Part shown: positions 27,701 to 41,632 of the stretch, piece by piece
Layout of the letters: every line of letters begins with the position of its first letter
Numbering within the stretch: position 1 is the stretch's first letter
NCBI GenBank assembly: GCA_002269645.1
Contig: NIVC01001508.1
Coordinates: forward strand, 62,001-126,000
Length of the DNA: 64,000 nucleotides
Reading direction: 5' to 3'
Origin: Macrostomum lignano
Taxonomy: Eukaryota
Notes under the pieces: generated by a model
What the model was told of the DNA's origin: nothing
Databases searched by the model: none
The model's input: the letters and a program-made list of their open reading frames with translations, nothing else
Made by a program: the position numbers and the translations under genes

Positions 27701-27834
27701 ATGAAATGAAAGTATATTTTTTTAGCTTTAGTATTAGCCTTTTGCAAATGAAGTGTAATAATTTAAAAAAAATTAACTTTGATGTACAAGCTATTCTAAA
27801 CACATCAAATAATTTTTTAAAACTTGAAAGTATC

Positions 27835-29785
27835 ATGGCAGACAATGGGGAAAGTTTAAATTCGGAAGAGCCATCCAAGCCGGTGGAATTCACAGACAAT
27901 TTGAGCAATCCAAATGATGAAGATGATGACGAATCCACTGAGCCGTGCAGGTCCAACTCAGATGATTCTCAGCAGCCGCAGGCTCCGAGTCTGCCAGATG
28001 AGGATTCTCCTCAGCAGGAGCAGCAACAGCAATTGCAGTTGCAAAAGCAGCAACAACAGAAGCAGCAATTAGAATTTGTTGCAGACGATTTTGTAGCAAG
28101 GATTCGTGCAGCAAGCGCGGTGAAGTCTTCAATCAGCGGTTCCTCCATCAGCAGCTGGGCCTCGTCATCAAATTATGGCGCAGGTGGCAGTGCGGTGGCT
28201 GGTGCACCCGGCGTGGGAGTGAGCAGAAGCACCAGCTATCCTATTGGACTGCTGGCTCAGGTGGGTAGGGCGCTGCCTGTTGTTTTGCCTTTTTCTGCAT
28301 TGCCAAACTTGATAAGCTACTGCGAGTAGGCTGTTTGAATTTTTTTGAACCAACAGCAGAAAGTTTTTGATGAGAGATCCTAAAGACTTTAAACGAAATT
28401 AAATGCTATGTGCAAGCAAGTTACAAAGGTGGAGTGTGAGGCAGACTGACAGAGATACGGGGTCAAACAGGGAGATGAGATGGGGTGAGACAGGGAGATA
28501 AGATAGGGTGAGACAGAGATGAGATGCGGTGAGACAGAGATAAGATTTGGTGAGACAGGGAGATGAGATGGGGTGAGACAGGGAGATTAGATAGGGTGAG
28601 ACAGGGGGATTATATAGGGTGAGACAGGGAGATTAGATAGGGTGAGACAGGGGATTAGATAGGGTGAGACAGGGGGATTATATAGGGTGAGACAGGGAGA
28701 TTAGATAGGGTGAGACAGGGAGATTAGATAGGGTGAGACAGGGGGATTATATAGGGTGAGACAGGGAGATTAGATAGGGTGAGACAGGGGATTAGATAGG
28801 GTGAGACAGGAGGATTAGATAGGGTGAGACAGGGAGATTAGATAGGGTGAGACAGAGATAAGATGCGGTGAGACAGGGATAAGATGCGGTGAGACAGGGA
28901 TAAGATGCGGTGAGACAGGGATAAGATGCGGTGAGACAGAGATAAGATGCTGTGAGATAGGGAGATAAGATGGGGTCAAACAGGGAGATGAGTTGCGGTG
29001 AGACAGGGATAAGATGCGGTGAGACAGGGATAAGATGCGGTGAGACAGGGATAAGATGCGGTGAGACAGGGATAAGATGCGGTGAGACAGAGATAAGATG
29101 CTGTGAGATAGGGAGATAAGATGGGGTCAAACAGGGAGATGAGTTGCGGTGAGACAGGGGGATTAGAGGAGTCAAACAGGGAGATAAGATTGGTGAGACA
29201 GGGAGATGAGATGAAGTGAGACAGAGAGATTAGATAGGGTGAGACAGGTAGATGAGACGAGGCTTTTTAATTTTGACACTGAAAAAAGTTTACCTTTAAA
29301 ACGGCATTCATTGTATAGACGCCATGTTCACTACCTGCCTACTTTTAGTAGGCTGTAACGTGTATTGTAAAAATTATAAGAAGACTCGGAAGGCATATTT
29401 TTATGAATGGTTTGCTAAAATTTGACCTTTCTGTGACCTTCCCTTCCATTAGGTGACCCCCGACGATATCCCAGAGATCGATCCTCACGCACTCGCGGAC
29501 TTGGAGACCCACGCCAGGCGTTTATCCGATCAGCTGATCCACCTCACCGCCTCGCTTCGTGCCGGACTTCAAGCCGCCTGCGGCATCACTGCTCAGCACT
29601 CGCGGCTGCACAAACAGTCGGTTGATTCCGCCTGCGACACTGTGGAGACTGCCATCCGGCATATGTACGCTCTGATGGCCAGGTGCGAAGAAGTGGCCAG
29701 CGCCATGAGCTCTGTGCACCAGCTCAAGCACGATGTTGACAATGTGAAGAGAATTCTTGATCGGTTAGAGGCCTCTCTGCATTGA
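27835..29785 (+). CDS. BORCS6: BORC complex subunit 6 (lyspersin/DUF2365); exons 27835-28260, 29453-29785
   Basis: An acidic/Gln-rich disordered N-terminus is spliced in phase 0 to a helical C-terminus, PEIDPHALADLE...VDSACDTVETAIRHMYALMARCEEVASAMSSVHQLKHDVDNVKRILDRLE, which matches the BORCS6 C-terminal domain pattern. Confidence 0.75.
28455..29260 (+). repeat. About 21-bp purine-rich minisatellite in BORCS6 intron
   Basis: Units such as GGTGAGACAGGGAGATTAGATAG and GGTGAGACAGGGATAAGATGC. Confidence 0.93.
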
Positions 29786-29794
29786 GTTCTGTGT

Positions 29795-31140
29795 GCTATC
29801 GGATGGCGCCTCCCTGATGCTATCGGATGACCCCTCCCTGATGCTATCGGATGGCGCCTCCCTGATGCTATCGGATGACCCCTCCCTGATGCTATCGGAT
29901 GGCGCCTCCCTGATGCTATCGGATGACCCCTCCCTGGTGCCATCGGATGACCCCTCCCTGGTGCTATCGGATGGCCCCTCCCTGATGCTATCGGATGACC
30001 CCTCCCTGATGCTATCGGATGGCGCCTCCCTGATGCTATCGGATGACCCCTCCCTGATGCTATCGGATGGCGCCTCCCTGATGCTATCGGATGACCCCTC
30101 CCTGGTGCCATCGGATGACCCCTCCCTGGTGCTATCGGATGGCCCCTCCCTGATGCTATCGGATGACCCCTCCCTGATGCTATCGGATGGCGCCTCCCTG
30201 GTGCTATCGGATGGCCCCTCCCTGATGCTATCGGATGGCCCCTCCCTGATGCTATCGGATGACCCCTCCCTGATGCTATCGGATGACCCCTCCCTGATGC
30301 TATCGGATGGCGCCTCCCTGGTGCTATCGGATGACCCCTCCCTGATGCTATCGGATGACCCCTCCCTGATGCTATCGGATGACCCCTCCCTGATGCTATC
30401 GGATGGCCCCTCCCTGATGCTATCGGATGGCCCCTCCCTGATGCTATCGGATGGCCCCTCCCTGATGCTATCGGATGGCCCCTCCCTGATGCTATCGGAT
30501 GACCCCTCCCTGATGCTATCGGATGGCCCCTCCCTGATGCTATCGGATGGCCCCTCCCTGATGCTATCGGATGACCCCTCCCTGATGCTATCGGATGACC
30601 CCTCCCTGATGCTATCGGATGGCCCCTCCCTGATGCTATCGGATGGCCCCCCCCTGATGCTATTGGATGACCCCTGTCTGATGCTTCAGGCCCTTCCTTG
30701 ATGCTTCAGGTGGGATCTTGATGCTTCAGGTGGGATCTCCTTGATGCTTTAGGTGGGATCTTGATGCTTCAGGTGGGATCTCCTTGATGCTTCAGGTGGG
30801 ATCTTGATGCTTCAGGTGGGATCTTGATGCTTCAGGTGGGATCTTGATGCTTCAGGTGGGATCTTGATGCTTCAGGTGGGATCTGCTTGATGCTTCAGGT
30901 GGGATCTCCTTGATGCTTCAGGTGGGATCTGCTTGATGCTTCAGGTGGGATCTTGATGCTTCAGGTGGGATCTTAATGCTTCAGGTGGGATCTCCTAGAT
31001 GCTTCAAGTGGGATCTCCTTGATGCTTCAGGTGGGATCTCCTTGATGCTTCAGGTGGGATCTTGATGCTTCAGGTGGGATCTTAATGCTTCAGGTGGGAT
31101 CTCCTAGATGCTTCAAGTGGGATCTTCTTGATGCTTCAGG
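29795..31140 (+). repeat. Two abutting minisatellites (21 bp, then 20-23 bp) just 3' of BORCS6
   Basis: CCCTCCCTGATGCTATCGGATGA to about 30690, then TTGATGCTTCAGGTGGGATC(TCC). Confidence 0.95.
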
Positions 31141-31574
31141 ACTCCCTAAACATCGTTATACCTGTCTTCAATAGGCGATTCAGTTCACTGCTTCAATTAT
31201 ACAGAAAATCCTCAGTAATGTGTCTTTCTAGATAAGCAAATTTACTAAACATTGTTGTTTTTAATTCGAGTCTGAACTGCATGTACAATATGATTGTTTC
31301 TTAGTAGCAGTCTTGTATATAGTGATGACTTTGATCCTATTATGTTCATTAATCTATTTTGATTCTAACCTCTACCATATTGCACAGACTAATGTAAATA
31401 TACGCATGTCTGTTGGTCATAATAGTATATATATGGATTATGACTAATGTCTTCAATGGTATTCATCATTGTCCTTTGTAAATCACTTTCTTTCATTTTT
31501 ATATTCCTATTTTATTTTGACATCGAATAGTTATCCAGAATATAACTCTTAGCGATTCCGAGTTGGATTGAAAT

Positions 31575-32220
31575 AGGGAGATGGGGTAAGGCAGGGAGAT
31601 GAGATGTTGTGAGACAGGGAGATGAGATGGGGAGAAACAGGGAGATGAGATGTTGTGAGACAGGGTGATGAGATGTTGTGAGACAGGGAGATGAGATGGG
31701 GAGAAACAGGGAGATGAGATGTTGTGAGACATTGAGATGGATGAGGTGACAGTGAGGGAAGATGGGATAAGACACAGATGGATGAGGTGACAGTGATGGA
31801 GATGGGATAAGACACAGATGGATGAGGTGACAGTGATGGAGATGGGATAAGACACTGAGATGGATGAGGTGACAGTGAGGGAGATGGGATAAGACACAGA
31901 TGGGTGAGGTGACAGTGAGGGAGATGGGATAAGACACTGAGATGGATGAGGTGACAGTGAGGGAGATGGGATAAGACACAGATGGGTGAGGTGACAGTGA
32001 GGGAGATGGGATAAGACACTGAGATGGATGAGGTGACAGTGATGGAGATGGGATAAGACACAGATGGATGAGGTGACAGTGAGGGAGATGGGATAAGACA
32101 CTGAGATGGATGAGGTGACAGTGAGGGAGATGGGATAAGACACAGATGGATGAGGTGACAGTGAGGGAGGTGGGATAAGACACAGAGTCTGCGATGGATG
32201 AGGTGACAGTGATGGAGATA
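31575..32220 (+). repeat. Purine-rich minisatellite upstream of S49 gene
   Basis: Units such as GATGGATGAGGTGACAGTGAGGGAGATGGGATAAGACACA. Confidence 0.93.
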
Positions 32221-32301
32221 AAGTCAGTCTAAAAGTAGCATCAAAGACGCCACAGATTTGACTTACTGCGTGTGGCTCGTCTCGCACTCTGCAGCAGTGA
32301 G

Positions 32302-33425
32302 ATGCAGCGCTTCAAGGATGCCCTGTCCCGAGTGCCCGTGGTGCCGGTTATCAAGCTGTATGGCAAGATCGCTGCCCCCACCAGCGGCTACAGCCGGGGG
32401 GTGATCAACTACCAGAGTGTGAAACCCCTGTTGGCCAAGGCCTTCAAGCAGAGACGGCTGGCGGCTCTAGCTCTGAGGATTAACAGCCCAGGTGGCTGGC
32501 CTGTGAGTTTGACAGCTGCTGATTCTCAGGTGTGACCACTGCCTCACCTCCCCGATTCTCAGGTGTAACCACTGCCCCACCTTATTCTCAAGTGTGACCA
32601 CTGCCCCACCTTCCGATTCTCAGGTGTGATCACTGCCCCACCTCCCCGGGTGTGACCACTGCCCCGGCTCCCCGATTCTCAGGTGGGACCACTGCCCCAC
32701 CTCCCCGATTCTCAAGTGGGACCACTGCCCCACCTCCCCGATTCTCAAGTGGGACCACTGCCCCACCTCCCCGACTCTCAGGTGTGACCACTGCCCCACC
32801 TCCCCGATTCTCAAGTGGGACCACTGCCCCACCTCCCCGATTCTCAAGTGGGACCACTGCCCCACCTCCCCGACTCTCAGGTGTGACCACTGCCCCACCT
32901 CCCCGACTCACAGGTGTGACCACTGCCCCACCTCCCCGATTCTTAGTTGTGACCACTGGATATGTTAACACCTAAATCACGATGCCTAATCCTCTCTCCC
33001 AGTGATTCAGTGTGGCTGCTAATTCCCTCCCTCAGAGGTGCAAACCACCCCTCGCTCCCGCAGGCGCAGTGCGACCTCATTCGCAACGAGATCAACCGTC
33101 TGTCAGCAGAGCACGGCAACATTCCAGTGCTGGCTTTCATTGAGGACATGGCAGCCTCGGGAGGCTATTACCTGGCCTGCAGTGCCAGCGAAATCTATGC
33201 CAACAGGCACAGCCTCATTGGCTCCATCGGTGCCCTGGCGGTGCACGCTGACCTGCAGACAGCGCTGCAGGAGCGGGCCAGCCTGGCCCTGACTCTGCAC
33301 CGGGCGGGCAAGCGGAAGGCCATCTTTAATAATTTGGAGGCCGCCAGCCCCGAGTCGCTGAAGTTCACCAACTACATGCTGCAGGGCATTCACGCCGGGT
33401 TCATTGACGTGAGATGCTCACGTGA

Positions 33426-33500
<75 letters not shown>

Positions 33501-33519
33501 GCCTGTCTGCCTGTCTGCC

Positions 33520-33564
<45 letters not shown>

Positions 33565-33659
33565 GCCTGTCTGTCTGTCTGTCTGTCTGTCTTAGTGTCT
33601 GTCTGTCTGTCTGTCTTAGTGTCTGTCTGTCTGTCTGTCTTAGTGTCTGTCTGTCTGCC

Positions 33660-33724
<65 letters not shown>

Positions 33725-33743
33725 GCCTGTCTGCCTGTCTGCC

Positions 33744-33824
<81 letters not shown>

Positions 33825-33867
33825 TAGTGTCTGTCTGTCTGTCTGTCTTAGTGTCTGTCTGTCTGCC

Positions 33868-33940
<73 letters not shown>

Positions 33941-33943
33941 GCC

Positions 33944-34003
<60 letters not shown>

Positions 34004-34376
34004 CATCTCAAGTCTCATCCAGATCCGCTCTGCTCAACCTCAGGTGGTAAAGTCATCCCGAGGCGACCGGCTCAAAGGCGCCCCGGAGTCCGAGCTATTC
34101 GAAGGCGACATCTGGCTGGCCGACAAGGCCCAGCAGCTCGGCCTCATCGACGGCGTCGGCGACCTCGAGGATGTGATCGCCAAGAAGTTCGGCCGCAGCG
34201 CCCGCCTGGTGGACATCGGGCCTCGGGGCTGGGCGAAGTTTGCCTCGGGTGCCGCTGGGGCTTCCGACATTCTCCAGGCTGCAGCCGCTGGAGGCCTCTG
34301 GTCCTCTGCGGCGGCCGGCGACCTCACTGCTGGCGACGGCAGCGGCTTTCGGGGTGGACCGCCGCTGGCCGCGTGA
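32302..34376 (+). CDS. S49-family (SppA/SohB-like) Ser-Lys peptidase; exons 32302-32502, 33064-33408, 34044-34376 (about 292 aa)
   Basis: Motifs [56 protein letters not shown] and [22 protein letters not shown]. Two phase-0 GT-AG introns are filled with host-type repeats. Confidence 0.88.
32530..32960 (+). repeat. 33-bp minisatellite in S49 intron 1
   Basis: Unit GACCACTGCCCCACCTCCCCGATTCTCAAGTGG. Confidence 0.93.
33425..34003 (+). repeat. (TCTG)n microsatellite in S49 intron 2
   Basis: Direct inspection. Confidence 0.97.
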
Positions 34377-34739
34377 TTTATGACCCATGGTTTGGGGACA
34401 GGATTGACAATGAATTTATGGTTTCTTATCTGCCCAGTGAGCTCTGCAGTGAATTTTGCTCAGTTTATTATGACTGTAGCGTATTTCTGTCTGTTCTGTG
34501 TTTATCTATGTAATATAATCATGAATACTCATTTATTAATAAATACAGAATTAACCCGAATCGGCCCGTTTTAATTAACTCAACATTCTAGTGTTTTATA
34601 TTCAAAACCATTTATACATTTTTATGAGAAGAGTTTGGATCAAATGACTCAATTAAATGTCAGCCAGTGGCCGAATTTTCCGGGTTTTTGGTTGAAGTTT
34701 TTACTTGCTACTATCGAATATCGATGTTTCATAATATGG

Positions 34740-34917
34740 ACAGTCAGTCAGTTTGTTTGTTTGTTTGTTTGTTTGCTTGTTAGTTAGTTAGTTTTTTGTT
34801 TGTTTGTTTGTCAGTTAGTTAATTTGTTAGTTAGTTAGTTAATTTGTTAGTTAGTTAGTTAATTTGTTAGTTAGTTAGTTAATTAGTTAGTTAGTTAGTT
34901 AGTTTGTTAGTTCGTTT

Positions 34918-34961
<44 letters not shown>

Positions 34962-35045
34962 ATTTGTTAGTTAGTTAGTTAATTTGTTAGTTAGTTAGTT
35001 AGTTAGTTAATTTGTTAGTTAGTTAGTTAGTTAGTTAGTTAATTT

Positions 35046-35093
<48 letters not shown>

Positions 35094-35127
35094 ATTTGTT
35101 AGTTATTTAGCTCGTAGTTAGCTACTT

Positions 35128-35171
<44 letters not shown>

Positions 35172-35212
35172 AGTCAGTCAGTCAGTCAGTCAGTCAGTCA
35201 GTCAGTCAGTCA

Positions 35213-35263
<51 letters not shown>

Positions 35264-35445
35264 AGTCAGTCAGTCAGTCAGTCAGTCAGTCAGTCAGTCA
35301 GTCAGCCAGTCAGTCAGTCAGTCAGTCAGTCAGCCAGTCAGTCAGCTAGTCAGCCAGTCAGTCAGTCAGTCAGTCTGTCAGCCAGTCAGTCAGTCAGTCA
35401 GTCAGTCAGTCAGTCAGTCAGTCAGTCAGTCAGTCAGAGTCAGTC
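34740..35445 (+). repeat. Compound (TTAG)n/(CAGT)n microsatellite
   Basis: Direct inspection. Confidence 0.97.
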
Positions 35446-35994
35446 CCAAATACATACATTGTAAGAATATGCGTGTAAACGTGTTTACAACCCATAAGCC
35501 AGATTAGACCGTTTTAACAGAGTCATATGACTTTAAATTCAACCATATAGCTAGCAATATGCAATATGTATTCATATGTAAAAAGTGTTTAATAATTTTA
35601 GCTTGCATGGAAAAGGCTCATCTGGCATCTCCGCAGTCACATGCCTCACGAGTCGCTCAAGCTACTGCTCTTATCTTTGTATTGGATATTTGCCCTGGCA
35701 CTGTACTGAAGCACTGTACATACAGCCTATGAGCAGTTACTCAGAATCTTATCTTTGAGTAATGTTTACGCAGACTAACTAATTCACAGAGCACAAGTCG
35801 CAATTTTCTGTGGGAATATAAAACTCAAAATTGGGATTCATGTTTATTCTTAAGCGAGTAGTCAACTCAACCATTATTTGTAGTGACTAACTAAACACCT
35901 GCAAATTTTTTTTGGTAAGTATTACTTTTTTTAAAACTGCACAAATAGCTTGAAATGTGTCGAATTGGGAAAAACCTGAAGATCTTAACTTAAC

Positions 35995-37915
35995 ACATCC
36001 TGACCCTCACTGATATGGGATCCTGACCCTCACTGATCTGGCATCCTGACCCTCACTGATCTGGCATCCTGACCCTCACTGATCTGGCATCCTGACCCTC
36101 ACTGATCTGGCATCCTGACCCTCACTGATCTGGCATCCTGACCCTCACTGATCTGGCATCCTGACCCTCACTGATCTGGCATCCTGACCCTCACTGCTCT
36201 GACATCCTGACCTTAAATGATCTGACATCCTGACCTTTAATGATCTGACATCCTGTCCGTAAATGATCTGACATCCTGTCCTTAAATGATCTGACATCCT
36301 GACCTTTAATGATCTGACATCCTGACCTTAAATGATCTGACATCCTGTCCTTAAATGATCTGACATCCTGTCCTTAAATGATCTGACATCCTGTCCTTAA
36401 ATGATCTGACATCCTGACCTTAAATGGTCTGACATCCCGTCCTTAAATGATCTGACATCCTGTCCTTAAATGATCTGACATCCTGTCCTTAAATGATCTG
36501 ACATCCTGTCCTTAAATGATCTGACATCCTGACCTTAAATGGTCTGACATCCCGTCCTTAAATGATCTGACATCCTGTCCTTAAATGATCTGACATCCTG
36601 TCCTTAAATGATCTGACATCCTGTCCTTAAATGATCTGACATCCTGACCTTAAATGGTCTGACATCCCGTCCTTAAATGATCTGACATCCTGTCCTTAAA
36701 TGATCTGACATCCTGTCCTTAAATGATCTGACATCCTGACCTTAAATGGTCTGACATCCCGTCCTTAAATGATTTGACATCCTGTCCTTAAATGATCTGA
36801 CATCCTGTACTTAAATGATCTGACATCCTGTCCTTAAATGATCTGACGTCCTGTCCTTAAATGATCTGACATCCTGTCCTTAAATGATCTGACATCCTGT
36901 CCTTAAATGATCTGACATCCTGACCTTTAATGATCTGACATCCTGTCCGTAAATGATCTGACATCCTGTCCTGAAATGATCTGACATCCTGACCTTTAAT
37001 GATCTGACATCCTGTCCTTAAATGATCTGACATCCCGTCCTTAAATGATCTGACATCCTGTCCTTAAATGATCTGACATCCTGTCCTTAAATGATCTGAC
37101 ATCCTGACCTTAAATGGTCTGACATCCCGTCCTTAAATGATCTGACATCCTGTCCTTAAATGATCTGACATCCTGTCCTTAAATGATCTGACATCCTGTC
37201 CTTAAATGATCTGACGTCCTGTCCTTAAATGATCTGACATCCTGTCCTTAAATGATCTGACGTCCTGTCCTTAAATGATCTGACATCCTGTCCTTAAATG
37301 ATCTGACGTCCTGTCCTTAAATGATCTGATATACTGAACTTAAATGATCTGACGTCCTGTCCTTAAATGATCTGACATCCTGTCCTTAAATGATCTGACA
37401 TCCTGTCCTTAAATGATCTGACATCCTGACCTTAAATGGTCTGACATCCCGTCCTTAAATGATCTGACATCCTGTCCTTAAATGATCTGACATCCTGTCC
37501 TTAAATGATCTGACATCCTGTCCTTAAATGATCTGACGTCCTGTCCTTAAATGATCTGACATCCTGTCCTTAAATGATCTGACGTCCTGTCCTTAAATGA
37601 TCTGACATCCTGTCCTTAAATGATCTGACATCCTGTCCTTAAATGATCTGACGTCCTGTCCTTAAATGATCTGACATCCCGTCCTTAAATGATCTGACGT
37701 CCTGTCCTTAAATGATCTGACATCCTGTCCTTAACTGATCTGACATCCTGTCCTTAAATGATCTGACGTCCTGTCCTTAAATGATCTGACATCCTGTCCT
37801 TAAATGATCTGACGTCCTGTCCTTAAATGATCTGACATCCTGTCCTTAACTGATCTGACATCCTGTCCTTAAATGATCTGACGTCCTGTCCTTAAATGAT
37901 CTGATATACTGAACT
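35995..37915 (+). repeat. 23-bp minisatellite, about 1.9 kb
   Basis: Unit TGATCTGACATCCTGTCCTTAAA, preceded by CCTGACCCTCACTGATCTGGCAT variants. Confidence 0.97.
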
Positions 37916-38561
37916 TACATGTAGATGATTTGACATCCAGACCCTAGATGAGCTGACACACTGGTTCTCACTGATCTGGCACATGCACTCAGCAACATGT
38001 TAAAGTTTCCATACCTAAGCCAGCGGTCAACTTCTGTCAGATCTCACCCCCCAAGTGACGCAACTCAAACCACACCCACAATTCTCGTCTCAACGTTAAC
38101 TGTGCAGGAGAGTTATGACCAAGAGTTTGATTAGGGTTCTCACTTGTGGACCACTGGTTTTTGGGGTTGGGGTCAGTGACGATTTGTTAGTGCAATTCCG
38201 AATTTTTTAGTCTAAATCAATCCTACATACGAAAAGTATAAGCTTGAGAGTCGATGCAAAAGTTGGTCTATGGTCGAAACTCCGAGCGCAGCGAATGCGC
38301 CGGACTGTCCCACCAAGACCCAGCTGGTTTAATCTCGTGCGCGGCCGCGAACTACGATACTGAATGCAGTTTCAGCAAGAAAGCCATAGACTATAGAACT
38401 GCCATCGAACTGCATGCCTCTTGGCTTCATCGGCCATAGACAACTTGCTCATCCTTTATATATATGGTAGATAAATTCAATCACTCTCATGGCTCTCGCT
38501 AAATCTACAGTTCATCAACTCCGCAAACCTCGCATTCGCAGTCAACTAAGCCGCAACGAGC

Positions 38562-38888
38562 ATGTCCAAGTTCCGACCAATTGTTGCTGTTGCATCTCTG
38601 CTTTTGTTGCTGCTCCTAGTAGTAGCACCGGACACCGCACTCGGCAAGATGCACCCGGAGCCCTGTTTTGAACCGGCTGACTTCTGTAGAGAGACCGGCC
38701 ACGGCGGCTTCACGTTCTCACCCGATGGCTGCAACACCTGCCGGTGCACTCAGGACGGCCAGCTGGAGAGCTGCACGATGGTGATGTGCCCGCAGGATAT
38801 GAGCGACAAGGCCTGGACTGATCATTGCGCCGAGCTGCGTCGCAAGGCTGAGGCGCCGATCCCAGTGCAGGAAGACGAAGCTCTGTAG
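38562..38888 (+). CDS. Secreted pacifastin-like Cys-rich protease inhibitor (single domain)
   Basis: A signal peptide (VAVASLLLLLLLVVAPDTALG) precedes C-x14-C-N-T-C-R-C-x3-G-x4-C-T-x3-C, which fits the pacifastin consensus except for a longer first loop. Confidence 0.6.
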   Translation: MSKFRPIVAVASLLLLLLLVVAPDTALGKMHPEPCFEPADFCRETGHGGFTFSPDGCNTCRCTQDGQLESCTMVMCPQDMSDKAWTDHCAELRRKAEAPIPVQEDEAL

Positions 38889-39899
38889 GACTGGAAATTA
38901 CACCTGCTCACGCGTGGGCTTCATGTTTATTCAGATAGTTCAGCATTGCAGCTGCTTCAATTGTTGAACCGAAATACAATGCATCAGTGTTTTATGATGT
39001 GTGGTCAAATTTATTTGAAGTTAATATCACAGAAAACATCGTAACGATTGTAGTTAATTTATTTTCTAAGCCAATCGAACCTCCGCTCGCACCGATTAGC
39101 TACTGAAGATTCCTTGTTGTCTATGGTAAATGCGTTGCAAGCTGCAGCACTGATTCATAGAAAACCCTCTCCCTGTTCAAGCTTTTAGAAGTTGAGTTTA
39201 TCATATTTTCTCAACCATTCGGTAAGCCTGCAAAATGGTTACAATAGGATTAAAAGAAGCTATTTAGGTAAATGATTATGCACATCAAATTAATAAAACT
39301 TTTGACGACTTCTATTGGCGTGTCAATATTTACACATCCCAAAAAACATGCAATGCAATGGCTGGCTTCGTGGAGCAAAATTATTCTCCAAATTTTAACA
39401 GACGAAGAATTTATGGTTTTTATTCATCCAGGAATTCAATCCTCAATGGGATAATGAAGCTACGGATCAGACCTGCTTTTATATTTGTCTAGGTACGTCG
39501 AACAGTTACACCCTGCTTGTTGTATTCGCTGAAACAGCGCCTGAAAACTGATGGGGCATACCACAAACATAACTGGCATTGACACTTTGATTCCAGTGAA
39601 ACAGACAAAAGCAAAAGCAAAATTTACATTAGTACAATATCTAAGTAGAAAACAATCTTGCGTCTTTCAGTCGTGCTGGACGTACAGTTTGAAATCTGCT
39701 ACTTTCCCATGGTCGGCTCCACACAAACCTTCTTTTGGGCCATAGACAGAGTGAAAAGCAAGTCTAATATAGCATTTTGCAAGCTAGTACTCGTAGAGAC
39801 TACGAGCAAGCAATTTATAATCCAAGATAGCAAAAACACATGCATTTTGAGCCTCACTGCTAGTTGTATATGGTAAAAAGTGTGTCAAACCGGCAGGCA

Positions 39900-40700
39900 A
39901 TTTAATCGCAGAGCGTCGTTGCATCTTGAGCCACAAGGGGCCCCCCGCATCCGGATTCAGCGAGGAGGCGTAGCAGCCCATTTCGCTAACCCCTGGCGAC
40001 CACGGTGGTGCTGCGGTGTCACGCAGGGAGATCCGCGGTGGTGCCGGTGTCCGCAGCGCGGTCCCCCTCCGTAGAGTCCAGGAGGTGGATTTTCGCTCGC
40101 CCGGCCGGTAGCCCTTAGGTAGCGGACGAGCTGGCAGAGATTCTCGGGCCTAAAAACGTTGGAGAGGTCCGGGTTTGAGCCGGGTAGGTGAGCCTGTCCT
40201 GAGTAAAGGCGGGGCATTCACGGATAAATTGCTCCGCTTTCTCGACATCGGAGAGACAGAATGGAGATTTCTTCTCTACAGATTTTTCCTTGGAGGTGCA
40301 GTGGCGATGCCTGGCAAAACAGCTATATGACCCGAGAGGGCCATGGTCACCGCCCTGATGTCCCTGCGGTTGAGTCCAAGCAGGGCCTTGCGCAAGGACA
40401 GGCGACAGCGGCGTGGGATTGCCGGCAGTGGGATTGCCCTGTGCTTTGAAGCTATGCACCCACTGGTGGATCCGAGTGGTGACAACGGCGAGAGCGTCAT
40501 CTTAGATTTCTGACAGCAGCGACATCAACGCACGGACTCTAGCTGGCTGCTGCCGCTGATGAACACCTTCAATTTGTCTGGGCGCCAGGATTCGGCCGAA
40601 ATTAAGCGGGAATTTCTCCTAACACCCCAGTTAGGATTAGAAGATGCCGCTCTGGATAACGGACTGGGCGTGGATTGCACTGAACAAATTATCTTGCGGA
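39900..40700 (-). mobile_element. Possible degenerate LINE endonuclease remnant
   Basis: Broken minus-strand frames give RHLLILTGVLG (cf. ..LILGDFNA) and GGDHGPL (cf. SDH.P). Multiple stops. Confidence 0.3.
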
Positions 40701-41632
40701 ATCTCTTGAACACTTCACGACAATTCACGAAGTAAAGAGAAAAGCTGCAATACTAGCTCTGCCCAATGGTTCTAACTTGATCGCAGCTGCTGACTCGATC
40801 CATTGTAGAGCATTTGAGAGTAAATACTGTACAGTACAAGCTATGTCACCTGAACGCAGCTTTTTTGGTCCTGACGCGCTTGGAAAGGTTAAAATTAAAA
40901 TGGACTTACATGTACATGAAGCCTATACTGATTTATGAACTTTCTTATCAATTGAAATTAACATGTAGCTAAACTGAAAAGGCAAGAACTCTGATGGAAT
41001 TCCATTAAAATCTATTTAGTTTAACTGCATATAATATCTGTATAGTTACTCCTATAACTCAATTGCCTTGGGCAACTGTCACAGGGACTGGCCAAGGACT
41101 TTTTTACCTTATAGCATCTGGACTACTAGCAGAAATCGGAATGAGCCCTTAATTGTATTTTTTTCAAAAAAATGGTTAAATAAAACGGAGGAAGACGTAC
41201 ATACAGGTAATAAAACTCTAAGCTCTATAGTTTAGCGGCACAATACAGCGTCAGAATTCCGCACGTCAGCGCAACGTCAGCATACCGCAGAGTGGATCAT
41301 TTTCACGAGTAACCAAAGAAAATTCTTCTTTAAAAATTTCATGAATCGACTAGATTATTTTACTCGTAACATTCTAATCAATGCATTTAAACAGTCTATG
41401 ATTTTTAAATTAAAAAATTTAAGTTTTGGTCAAAACGAGTAATTTCAACCGTATTTTCAAGAATTCAGAACTTTATTACAGGCAATAGCTGCATGTGTTG
41501 CAATTTTACCGGGCAGCTACAACATCCGGCACGACCAACTGTGCATGATTAATTACCGCTCCAGTTTGAAGACGCTGGCATTAAACTTTAATTGCAAAAA
41601 TCACCGAAATACTTCCTAGCTGTCGAATTCAA

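Noticed and set aside
29793-30701. 302-aa ORF of LMLSDDPS repeats after BORCS6
   Set aside because: It is the reading frame of a 21-bp minisatellite; no splice or composition support.
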